Below are positions 11,434 through 20,273 of a stretch of DNA of 64,000 bases, piece after piece (the stretch's first letter is position 1; every line of letters begins with the position of its first letter). The notes beneath the pieces were generated by a model. That model was not told the origin of the DNA. It was given only the letters and a program-made list of their open reading frames with translations, and made no database searches. The DNA comes from an uncultured delta proteobacterium (GTDB taxonomy: Bacteria; Desulfobacterota; Binatia; UBA9968): NCBI GenBank assembly GCA_963760795.1, contig CAVXEP010000029.1, forward strand, positions 96,001 to 160,000, in the 5' to 3' direction. Both the position numbers and the translations under genes were made by a program.

Positions 11434-14148
11434 ATGGCCGTAAAAAATCGCCTCACCTACTCATTTAGCGCTGGTAAAGCTGAGGGCCATGCGCGAATGC
11501 GCGAGATCCTTGGTGGTAAAGGCGCCGGGCTCCATGAAATGACGCGCATCGGTATCCCAGTGCCGCCAGGCTTTACGATTCCAACCTCGGTGTGCAGCTA
11601 TTTTTATGCCCACCGTCGGCGCTATCCAGAGGGGCTAGAAAATGCAGTCGCCAATTCCCTAAGAAAAATTGAAAAGACCCTCGGTCGACGTTTTGGCGAT
11701 CCAGCAAATCCGCTGTTACTTTCGGTGCGTTCTGGTGCGCGCGAATCCATGCCCGGTATGATGGATACGGTGCTTAATCTCGGGCTCAATGACCGCACCG
11801 TGGAAGGTTTAGCGGTGCACTCGCAGAATCGACGATTCGCCTACGATTCCTATCGGCGCTTTGTCCAGATGTATGCGGATGTCGTGATGGGAATAAAATC
11901 TAATGACAAAGATGCCGTCGACCCTTTAACGCAAATTCTCGAAAGCAAGAAAGCTCGTCGCGGCATTCGCCATGACACCGAGCTTTCGGCCGATGATTTA
12001 CGCCAGCTGGTGACCGAGTACAAGCGCGAGATCGAATCAAGACTTGGAAAGGAGTTTCCCGTAGATCCCTATGAGCAATTGTGGGGCGCCATCGGCGCGG
12101 TCTTCGGATCGTGGAACAACGATCGAGCCATCGCCTATCGCGAACTTTACCGTATCCCGCATCATTGGGGTACGGCGATCACCGTGCAGGCGATGGTGTT
12201 CGGCAACCTCGGCGATGACTGCGCGACCGGCGTAACCTTTACCCGCGATCCTGCGAGCGGAGAAAAAAGCTTCTACGGCGAATTTCTGGTCAATGCCCAA
12301 GGCGAAGATGTCGTCGCTGGCATACGCACACCCAGATCGATAGCGGATCTCAAACAGATTATGCCGAAGGCTTTCGGCGCACTCCGGCGCATTTGCCAGC
12401 TTCTCGAAAGGCATTTTCGCGATGCGCAAGACATCGAGTTTACCATTGAAAACGGGAAGTTGTGGCTGTTGCAAACCCGCACCGGCAAGCGTACCGGCTT
12501 CGCTGCGCTGCGCATCGCCGTCGATATGGTCAGCGAACGGATCATCAGCCAGCGAGAAGCGTTACTACGGGTTGAACCGGATCAACTCAATCAGCTGCTG
12601 CGGCCCATCTTCGATCAGCAGGTTAAGGCGCGTGCACATCAGGAGAAACGTCTCCTCGGTCGCGGTTTGCCCGCCGGACCTGGGGCTGCCACCGGGCGAA
12701 TCGTCTTTTATGCCGAGGATGCGGTGGCTTGGAACCAGCGCGGCGAGCGCGTTATTCTTTGCCGCGTTGAAACCAGCCCGGACGATATTCGCGGCATGGA
12801 CGCGGCACAGGGTGTGTTGACTGCAAGGGGAGGGATGACGTCCCACGCCGCGTTGGTCGCCCGCCAGATGGGTAAAGTCTGCATCGCCGGCTGCGAAGCT
12901 TTACAAATTGACTATGCGGCGCGCACGCTTCAGGTCGGGCAAACCGAACTGCACGAGGGCGATTGGATTTCCATCGACGGTAACACCGGTGAAGTCTTCC
13001 ACGGTGAGATTCAAACGCTGCCTTCGGAGATTCTTCAGGTTCTACTGACCCGTTCACTGGAACCTCGGCAATCGAAAATTTACCGACATTTCACCAAACT
13101 CATGAAGTGGGCGGATCAAACTCGCAAGCTCGGTGTGCGAACCAATGCGGATCAGCCCGATCAAGCGGCCATCGCCAAGGCATTTGGCAGCGAAGGCATC
13201 GGCTTATGTCGCACCGAACATATGTTTTTCCAGGGTGACCGGATTCAAGCCGTGCGCGAAATGATCCTTGCCGATGATGAGACAGGCCGGCGCCGCGCGT
13301 TAGCGAAGCTGCTACCCATGCAGCGGCAGGATTTCAAAAGTATCCTTGAAATTATGGGTAATCTGCCAGTGACCATTCGCACTCTTGACCCGCCGCTCCA
13401 TGAGTTTTTGCCCAAGACCGATGCAGAAATCCGGGAGCTTGCTCAGGTTATGGGTGTTGCAGTGGAGACCCTGCGTAACAAGGTCAATGTGCTGCAAGAA
13501 TTCAATCCGATGTTGGGCCACCGGGGCTGCCGCTTGGGCATATCCTATCCTGAGATTACCGAAATGCAGGCACAAGCGATCTTTGAAGCCGCCTGTGAAC
13601 TCCGGCGAGAAGGCCAGAATCCATTCCCGGAAGTCATGATTCCCCTGGTCGGCTCGCGCCAAGAGCTCCATGAACAGAGGGTCATCGTCGACAAAGTCGC
13701 TAAACAGACGATGCAAACGTATGGCGTCAAAGTACACTATTCGATAGGCACGATGATCGAACTGCCGCGCGCCTGCATGGTTGCCGATGAAATTGCTGAA
13801 GAAGCGGAGTTCTTTTCTTTTGGCACCAATGATTTAACCCAAACTTGCTTAGGCCTATCACGCGACGATGCCGGCAAGTTCCTACCCAGCTACGTTCTTC
13901 AAGGTCTGCTGCCTGACGATCCATTTGTCAGTATCGATCGGGACGGTGTCGGTGCGCTCATGCGCATTGCTATCGCCAAAGGCCGCCAGCGCCGCAAGGG
14001 ATTAGAAATGGGTATTTGCGGTGAGCATGGTGGAGAAACGCGTTCAATAGAGTTCTGTCACCAAATCGGTTTGGATTACGTCAGTTGCTCGCCGTACCGC
14101 GTGGCGATCGCTAAATTAGCGGCAGCTCAGGCTGCACTACGTCAATAA
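11434..14148 (+). CDS. ppdK: Pyruvate, phosphate dikinase
   Basis: LGGKGA.L.EM, SVRSGA..SMPGMMDT, phospho-His motif GGMTSHAA, FFSFGTNDLTQ and GICGEHGG. Confidence 0.97.
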   Translation: MAVKNRLTYSFSAGKAEGHARMREILGGKGAGLHEMTRIGIPVPPGFTIPTSVCSYFYAHRRRYPEGLENAVANSLRKIEKTLGRRFGDPANPLLLSVRSGARESMPGMMDTVLNLGLNDRTVEGLAVHSQNRRFAYDSYRRFVQMYADVVMGIKSNDKDAVDPLTQILESKKARRGIRHDTELSADDLRQLVTEYKREIESRLGKEFPVDPYEQLWGAIGAVFGSWNNDRAIAYRELYRIPHHWGTAITVQAMVFGNLGDDCATGVTFTRDPASGEKSFYGEFLVNAQGEDVVAGIRTPRSIADLKQIMPKAFGALRRICQLLERHFRDAQDIEFTIENGKLWLLQTRTGKRTGFAALRIAVDMVSERIISQREALLRVEPDQLNQLLRPIFDQQVKARAHQEKRLLGRGLPAGPGAATGRIVFYAEDAVAWNQRGERVILCRVETSPDDIRGMDAAQGVLTARGGMTSHAALVARQMGKVCIAGCEALQIDYAARTLQVGQTELHEGDWISIDGNTGEVFHGEIQTLPSEILQVLLTRSLEPRQSKIYRHFTKLMKWADQTRKLGVRTNADQPDQAAIAKAFGSEGIGLCRTEHMFFQGDRIQAVREMILADDETGRRRALAKLLPMQRQDFKSILEIMGNLPVTIRTLDPPLHEFLPKTDAEIRELAQVMGVAVETLRNKVNVLQEFNPMLGHRGCRLGISYPEITEMQAQAIFEAACELRREGQNPFPEVMIPLVGSRQELHEQRVIVDKVAKQTMQTYGVKVHYSIGTMIELPRACMVADEIAEEAEFFSFGTNDLTQTCLGLSRDDAGKFLPSYVLQGLLPDDPFVSIDRDGVGALMRIAIAKGRQRRKGLEMGICGEHGGETRSIEFCHQIGLDYVSCSPYRVAIAKLAAAQAALRQ

Positions 14149-14225
14149 CGAACATTTATCGATAACTGATGTGTCCGGCATTGGCTTGATCACTTTAATC
14201 TTATTGTGATACGCTTTACATTTTA

Positions 14226-14254
14226 TTGACAGAAATTTGGGGATCAACGATAAT
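14226..14254 (+). promoter_or_regulatory. Putative sigma70 promoter of pilB
   Basis: TTGACA-N17-GATAAT, 22 nt before the pilB ATG. Confidence 0.6.
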
Positions 14255-14276
14255 TTGGTACTAAGCTTACCAAATT

Positions 14277-16004
14277 ATGGAACCACGCATAGCGGAACTT
14301 CTTGTCAAAGGCGGCATTGTCTCCCGCGAACAACTCTTTGAAGCGCAAAAAGGAGAGAAGGAAAACAACTCCACCATCGCCAAGGAACTCGTTCGATTAG
14401 GTTTGACCACCGAAGACACTCTCGCAGAATTTTTGGCCAAGCAATTTGGTATCGAGTGCGTTGAACTGGTCGCGGCCGACATCGACGACTCGGTCTTTTC
14501 CGTAGTACCCCCGCAGATTGTTCAAAAGCACCAGCTCATTCCCTACAAGCTGATCGGCTCTACTTTAACCGTTGCCATCGCTGACCCGACAGATCTAGTC
14601 GCCATCAACGAGGTCAAGTTTGTCACTGGTTACGGTGTCCGGGCCTTGATCGCCACCCCCACTGGAATAAGGAAGGTTCTAGAGCATCGTTTTGGCGGGG
14701 TGAGCTACGACGATGTGTTAAAAAAATTCGGCGACGGCGAGATGGAGGTCGTCCAAGAAAACGACGACGTCAATCTGCAAGAGCTGCAGCAAGCCACCAT
14801 GGATGCACCGGTGGTCACGCTTGTCAACGCGATCTTGGCGGATGCCGCCAAACGTCGCTGCAGCGACATTCATATCGAGCCCTACGAGAAAGTGTTTCGG
14901 GTACGGTTCCGCATTGACGGTGTGCTCCAGGAAATCATGAGTCCACCGTTGCGGCTCAAGAATGCCTTGGTATCCCGTCTGAAAGTCATGGCGGGACTCG
15001 ACATCGCCGAGCGCCGTTTGACCCAAGACGGCCGCATCAAGCTCAAGATGGGTACGGGCGGTGAGTTGGATATCCGCGTATCGATTTTGCCCACTCTGTT
15101 TGGCGAGAAAGTCGTCATGCGCTTGTTGGACAAGTCCAACTTGCAGCTTGACATGGCCAAGCTCGGCTTCGATCCGCCAAATTTGAAAGACTTTCAAGAC
15201 GCGATTCATAAGCCTTACGGCATGATCCTGATCACCGGTCCGACCGGTAGCGGTAAATCGACAACGCTTTACTCAGCGTTATCTGAACTCAACAAACCGG
15301 ATGTGAATATTTCCACCGCCGAAGATCCCGTCGAGTACAATCTGATGGGTATCAATCAGGTACAGGTCCGAGAGCAGATCGGCCTAAATTTCGCCGCGGC
15401 CTTACGATCATTCCTACGTCAAGACCCGGATATTCTCATGGTCGGTGAAATCCGCGATCTGGAAACGGCGCAGATAGCTATTAAAGCAGCGCTCACCGGC
15501 CATCTAGTTTTGAGCACGCTGCATACCAACGACTGTCCCGCCACCGTCGATCGACTGATCAATATGGGTGTGGAAACATTTTTATTGACCTCTTCGATCA
15601 ATCTCATTCTAGCGCAACGATTAGTTAGAAAAATCTGCGATAAGTGCAAAGAGCCGATCGAGATCAAACCGGAAGTTTTGATTAATCTTGGGATCGATGC
15701 CGCCGATATCAGCGCGGGCTTTCCGACTTTTCACGGAAAGGGTTGCGCGAACTGCAGTGGCACCGGCTATCGGGGCCGCTTAGCCGTTTACGAAGTGATG
15801 GTGATGCATGAAGCAATCAAGGAACTGATCAATAAAGGCGTATCGTCGATGGAACTCAAACGCGAAGCGGTAAAGCTTGGCATGAGCACTCTACGCATGA
15901 GTGCCTTGCAGAAAGTTCGCGACGGATTCACCACCGTGGACGAAACCATTCGCGTGACCGATACGGATAAAGGGTTTGGCTCGGTGTTCTCGCTGGGGTT
16001 TTAA
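14277..16004 (+). CDS. pilB: Type IV-A pilus assembly ATPase PilB
   Basis: MshEN-like N-terminus, GPTGSGKST, LRQDPD..MVGEIRD, STLHTND and tetra-Cys motif. Confidence 0.95.
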   Translation: MEPRIAELLVKGGIVSREQLFEAQKGEKENNSTIAKELVRLGLTTEDTLAEFLAKQFGIECVELVAADIDDSVFSVVPPQIVQKHQLIPYKLIGSTLTVAIADPTDLVAINEVKFVTGYGVRALIATPTGIRKVLEHRFGGVSYDDVLKKFGDGEMEVVQENDDVNLQELQQATMDAPVVTLVNAILADAAKRRCSDIHIEPYEKVFRVRFRIDGVLQEIMSPPLRLKNALVSRLKVMAGLDIAERRLTQDGRIKLKMGTGGELDIRVSILPTLFGEKVVMRLLDKSNLQLDMAKLGFDPPNLKDFQDAIHKPYGMILITGPTGSGKSTTLYSALSELNKPDVNISTAEDPVEYNLMGINQVQVREQIGLNFAAALRSFLRQDPDILMVGEIRDLETAQIAIKAALTGHLVLSTLHTNDCPATVDRLINMGVETFLLTSSINLILAQRLVRKICDKCKEPIEIKPEVLINLGIDAADISAGFPTFHGKGCANCSGTGYRGRLAVYEVMVMHEAIKELINKGVSSMELKREAVKLGMSTLRMSALQKVRDGFTTVDETIRVTDTDKGFGSVFSLGF

Positions 16005-16086
16005 GTCGGTATGACCGAATGACTATCACTAGGCATTCTGAGATCGGATGCGATTGAATTTGACAAAAGTCGGGACGAATTGACCT

Positions 16087-17313
16087 ATGGCTATATTTGT
16101 TTGGGAAGGGCGAACCGCACAGGGGCGAATCGTTAAAGGCGACACTCTCGAGGCGCCGAATCTCGAAGCCGCATTAGCGCGCCTGCGCGAACAGCGGATA
16201 CGGCCCGTTGCCAACAAGGTACGGGAAAAGGGCGCTGGGCTTGATAGAGAATTAAATATCCCCGGCTTTGGCCCCACTGTCTCGACAAAAGAAGTCTCTG
16301 TGGCTACCCGGCAGCTGGCGACGATGATCGATGCCGGCCTGCCGATTGTGCAGTGCCTCGACATCCTTGGTGAACAGTCCGAGAACAAGTTGCTACGCAC
16401 TACGATCAACACTGTACGCCGGGATGTCGAGGGTGGCTGTACGCTTGCAGACGCGTTGCGGAAACATCCAAAGATCTTCGATGACCTTTACGTTAACATG
16501 GTGGAAGCGGGAGAGGCCGGCGGTATTCTCAACACCATCCTCAATCGAATCGCACTATTTATAGAGAAAGCGAGCAGGCTAAAAAAGAAGGTCAAGGGAG
16601 CAATGATCTACCCCGTCGCCATCGTAATGGTGGCGATCATTGTCGTCGCCGTGTTGATGATTTTTGTCATCCCAGTCTTCGCCGATCTCTATGGCAGTAT
16701 GGGAAAGGCACTGCCGGCGCCGACGCAGATTTGTATCAACATCAGTAACGTTTTCGTCGCTTATTGGTGGCTCATGTTGGCGATCGGTATCGGCGTCGTG
16801 ATGGCCATCAAGTTCTACTACAAGACACCTCATGGGCACATGAACATCGATCGGCTACTTTTACGGCTGCCGGTGATTGGCGACTTGCTCAGAAAGGTTG
16901 CTGTAGCGCGGTTCACGCAGAATATGGCGCTGTTGTTGAGTTCTGGAGTCCCGATCCTCGACGGTTTAGCGATTACGGCCAGAACCGCGGGCAATAAAGT
17001 TGTCGAGAAGGCCATCATGGAGAGCCGGGCGAGCATCAGTAAAGGTAACACCGTGGCTGATCCATTGCGGGAAAGTAAGATTTTTCCGCCTCTGGTTTGT
17101 CAGATGGTTGCCGTAGGCGAAAGCACTGGTGGGCTAGATGTGATGCTCCGGAAAGTCGCGGAACTGTATGAAGAAGAAGTCGATGACGCGGTCAACAATT
17201 TAACAGCTATGATGGAACCGGCGATTATGGTGGTGTTAGGCGTCATCCTCGGTGGCTTGGTCGTTGCTATGTATTTGCCGATCTTCCAAATGGGCTCACT
17301 GGTTGGCAACTAA
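16087..17313 (+). CDS. pilC: Type IV pilus platform protein PilC (GspF family)
   Basis: RQLATMI.AGLP, AGE.GG.L, KVKGAM.YP, MVAVGE.TG.L and AMYLPIF motifs. Confidence 0.95.
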   Translation: MAIFVWEGRTAQGRIVKGDTLEAPNLEAALARLREQRIRPVANKVREKGAGLDRELNIPGFGPTVSTKEVSVATRQLATMIDAGLPIVQCLDILGEQSENKLLRTTINTVRRDVEGGCTLADALRKHPKIFDDLYVNMVEAGEAGGILNTILNRIALFIEKASRLKKKVKGAMIYPVAIVMVAIIVVAVLMIFVIPVFADLYGSMGKALPAPTQICINISNVFVAYWWLMLAIGIGVVMAIKFYYKTPHGHMNIDRLLLRLPVIGDLLRKVAVARFTQNMALLLSSGVPILDGLAITARTAGNKVVEKAIMESRASISKGNTVADPLRESKIFPPLVCQMVAVGESTGGLDVMLRKVAELYEEEVDDAVNNLTAMMEPAIMVVLGVILGGLVVAMYLPIFQMGSLVGN

Positions 17314-17364
17314 CAGACTGACACGTCCCCCACATTATTGTGATGCGACCGAGGTTAACTGAAT

Positions 17365-19416
17365 TTGAGTGACGAACGAAAAGATCTGAACGAGAAAATC
17401 AGATGGTTACTCCTGCTACGGGTAGTTATCCTTAGCGTTTTTCTCGGCGCGACGGCGCTCTTTCATTTCTTCCAAACGGAGTCAGACATCCGTTTCCTTG
17501 TCAGTCTCTCTGTACCGCTAATCCTTGCCTACGCGATCTCGATCGCTTCGGCGCTGTTCTTGCCGCGGTTGAATCATCTGCGCGCATTCGCTCATGCCCA
17601 AGTCACTTTTGACGTTTTTCTAATTACCGGGATTATTTGGATCACCGGAGATAGCTCCAGCCCATTTTCTTTTCTCTATAACTTAGCCGTGATCGACGCG
17701 GCTATATTATTGTTCTACCGAGGCGCGTTTATCGCCGCGGGAAGTTCAAGCATATGTTATGCTGCGCTGCTCTTTTGGGCGCAACATTGGTGGCAAAATG
17801 GCAATACTGCGGCGGTATCTGGGCCGTCGTTAGTTACCATGGTTATCAATATCGGCAGTTTCTTCGTGATCGCCGGCCTGAGCGGATTTCTCGCCGACAA
17901 GCTTGGCGAAACTCAGAAGCTGTTGAAAGAAAAACAGATCGACTTTCAGGAGCTCGATGCATTCAAAGAAGCGCTCTTGCAGGGTATTGGCAGCGGCGTT
18001 GCCATTACCGATAATCAGGGTCGCATTAACTATTTTAATCAGCAAGCGCAGAGTTTGATTTCGCTTGCTGAAGCTGCGGTGATGGGCAAGCGGCTCGATC
18101 AAATCATCCTCGGCTTGCGATATGATTTTCGACGCGGAGATCGTAGTGGTGCCGTGTATAGCGAAGAGCTTCCGTTACCCGGCTTGCAGGGAAGCCAGAA
18201 ACAAATCCGACTGACGCTCGCTCCACTCAGCGATTCCAACCAACAGCTGCTCGGGTATGTCGCCATTTTCGAGGATGTCACAAAACAGAAACAGACCGAA
18301 GAAAAAGTTCGCATCGAGGAAGAACTGCGCAGATCGCGGGAAATCGAATTACCGGCATCTTCTAAGGGTCTCGATTCGGTGCCTTTTCGCTTCGAAGGAG
18401 TCGTAGGCAAAAGCGGGGGCATCGAAAAAATCTACCAACTCATTCAAAAGGTCGCGGCCGGCTGCACCAACGTCTTGATTTCCGGTGAAAGTGGCACTGG
18501 AAAAGAACTGGTGGCTAGGGCGATTCATTTAAACGGACCGCGGCAAGGTAAGCCTTTTGTCGCCGTCAATTGCGGCGCCATCCCAGAAACTTTGATTGAA
18601 AGCGAATTATTCGGTCACGTACGCGGGGCTTTTACCGGCGCCGTGGCGGATCACAATGGGTTATTCAAACAAGCGGATCAGGGAACCATATTTCTCGATG
18701 AAGTGGGTGAATTGCCGCTGCACCTCCAAGTCAAACTATTACGCGTGCTGCAAGAGAAAAGCTTCACGCCGGTCGGTGCTAACAAACCGGTTAAGGTAGA
18801 CGTGCGCGTGATCTCGGCGACCAACCGGGATCTGCGCAAGGAATTGGAGGAAGGAAGATTCCGCGAGGACCTTTATTACCGGCTCAACGTTGTCCATATG
18901 GTATTGCCGCCGCTGCGCAGCCGCAAAGAAGATATCCCCTCCCTTGCCCACTACTTCCTCCGGAAATTCGCGGCTTCCCTTGACAAGAACGTCGAAGAAA
19001 TATCTAGCGGAGCGCTGATGCAGCTGATGAACCATACGTATCCTGGAAACGTCCGGGAGTTGGAAAACATCATAGAGCACGCTGTGGCGGTGACCAACAA
19101 GAATATCCTGACGGATGAGGATCTACCACTTCAAGTAAAAGGTGTACCGAGCGCCGATGATACCAATGCGTTCGACCGGACTACACTGGGTGGTGCGGAG
19201 GTATTTTTCAATAAAGGGCTGTCGTTAGATGTTGAGCTAGAGACCCATGAAAAATATATATTGGTGGGCGCGTTAAAGCGCGCCAATGGCGTTCAGAAGA
19301 AGGCGGCGGAAATCCTCGGAATCAATTATCGTTCACTGCGTCATCGCTTGGAAAAATATGAGCTTCTTGGATCAAAAAATCATTCTTTTTCTGAACAAAC
19401 CAATGATTCCGAATAA
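17365..19416 (+). CDS. PilS-like transmembrane/PAS sensor fused to a PilR-like sigma54 activator (AAA+ and Fis HTH); no HisKA, HATPase or receiver domain
   Basis: About six hydrophobic segments (WLLLLRVVILS, D..LIT..I..TG..SSPFSFLY), PAS (GVAITDNQGRINYFN...FEDVT), then GESGTGKE, ESELFGH..GAFTGA, FLDEVGE, FREDLYYRLN, YPGNVRELEN and HTH KAAEILGINYRSLRHRL. Confidence 0.88.
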   Translation: MSDERKDLNEKIRWLLLLRVVILSVFLGATALFHFFQTESDIRFLVSLSVPLILAYAISIASALFLPRLNHLRAFAHAQVTFDVFLITGIIWITGDSSSPFSFLYNLAVIDAAILLFYRGAFIAAGSSSICYAALLFWAQHWWQNGNTAAVSGPSLVTMVINIGSFFVIAGLSGFLADKLGETQKLLKEKQIDFQELDAFKEALLQGIGSGVAITDNQGRINYFNQQAQSLISLAEAAVMGKRLDQIILGLRYDFRRGDRSGAVYSEELPLPGLQGSQKQIRLTLAPLSDSNQQLLGYVAIFEDVTKQKQTEEKVRIEEELRRSREIELPASSKGLDSVPFRFEGVVGKSGGIEKIYQLIQKVAAGCTNVLISGESGTGKELVARAIHLNGPRQGKPFVAVNCGAIPETLIESELFGHVRGAFTGAVADHNGLFKQADQGTIFLDEVGELPLHLQVKLLRVLQEKSFTPVGANKPVKVDVRVISATNRDLRKELEEGRFREDLYYRLNVVHMVLPPLRSRKEDIPSLAHYFLRKFAASLDKNVEEISSGALMQLMNHTYPGNVRELENIIEHAVAVTNKNILTDEDLPLQVKGVPSADDTNAFDRTTLGGAEVFFNKGLSLDVELETHEKYILVGALKRANGVQKKAAEILGINYRSLRHRLEKYELLGSKNHSFSEQTNDSE

Positions 19417-19610
19417 CAAAATTTGTCAAACCGCCAATTACCACATTCCGTAAATTTGAATCTTCTAGATTTATATCCCTTTCTTTGATGTCCATTGATT
19501 TGCAGCGAGAATTTCTAACCTATTGAATTAACGTAGTTTTGAGCGAACTAAGTTGATAGGCTGTCAATATTCTTCCCCCAATTCCGTCACTCAACAGCCT
19601 TGCCAAAGTT

Positions 19611-19625
19611 TGGCCTTTCAATTGC
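19611..19625 (+). promoter_or_regulatory. Sigma54 (-24/-12) promoter of pilA
   Basis: TGGCCTTTCAATTGC = GG-N10-GC, about 150 bp upstream of pilA and just downstream of a sigma54 activator gene. Confidence 0.75.
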
Positions 19626-19773
19626 GTTAGTGAGGTTTCAACGGTTTAGATTTTATAACGCTTATTCTCAAGGAGGTGGCTATCGACGGCATTGAAGCCC
19701 TGACCATAGAAAGTTTCTGAAAAGGAAAAAGCTTTGAAGTAGAAAAATAATTCCGAAAAAGGAGTGTCTAGAG

Positions 19774-20163
19774 ATGAAGAAATTACGTTCGCAAAGTGAA
19801 TCTGGTTTTACCTTGATCGAGTTGCTGGTGGTGGTTGCCATCATCGGTATTTTGGCGGCGATCGCGATACCTCAGTTCGCGGCTTATAGAAAGCGCGGCC
19901 ATGAGGCTCAGGTTAAATCCGATTTGAGAAATGCTGCGGTGGCCCAAGAAGCCTATTTTGCCGCGAAATCAACTTATCTTGCTGCTACGATGGCGAGTGG
20001 TACCCCTCCCGGGTTTAATGCGACCACCGGTGTTACAGTGATCGCGGCCGTCGTTGCTAACTCCAATGCCTTCACGCTGACCGCCCAGCACACAAATTGC
20101 AGCAGCAACACTTGGACATTCTCTAGTTCAACAGGCCAGATCACCGGCGCCGCTTGTCCGTAA
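19774..20163 (+). CDS. pilA: Type IVa major pilin
   Basis: Leader MKKLRSQSESG|FTLIELLVVVAIIGILAAIAIPQF with E5 and P22; C-terminal Cys pair; AGGAG RBS; terminator follows. Confidence 0.93.
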   Translation: MKKLRSQSESGFTLIELLVVVAIIGILAAIAIPQFAAYRKRGHEAQVKSDLRNAAVAQEAYFAAKSTYLAATMASGTPPGFNATTGVTVIAAVVANSNAFTLTAQHTNCSSNTWTFSSSTGQITGAACP

Positions 20164-20186
20164 CCTGCTCGATTTCCGACCTGTCT

Positions 20187-20224
20187 ATAAACAAGGGGGG
20201 CTCAGCTGAGCCCCCCTTGTTTAT
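20187..20224 (+). terminator. Rho-independent terminator after pilA (perfect 38-bp palindrome)
   Basis: ATAAACAAGGGGGGCTCAG|CTGAGCCCCCCTTGTTTAT followed by a T-rich tract. Confidence 0.85.
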
Positions 20225-20273
20225 TTCTTCCTTATTCAACGATGGTTTTATTCACACTCGATTAGATCGCAAA

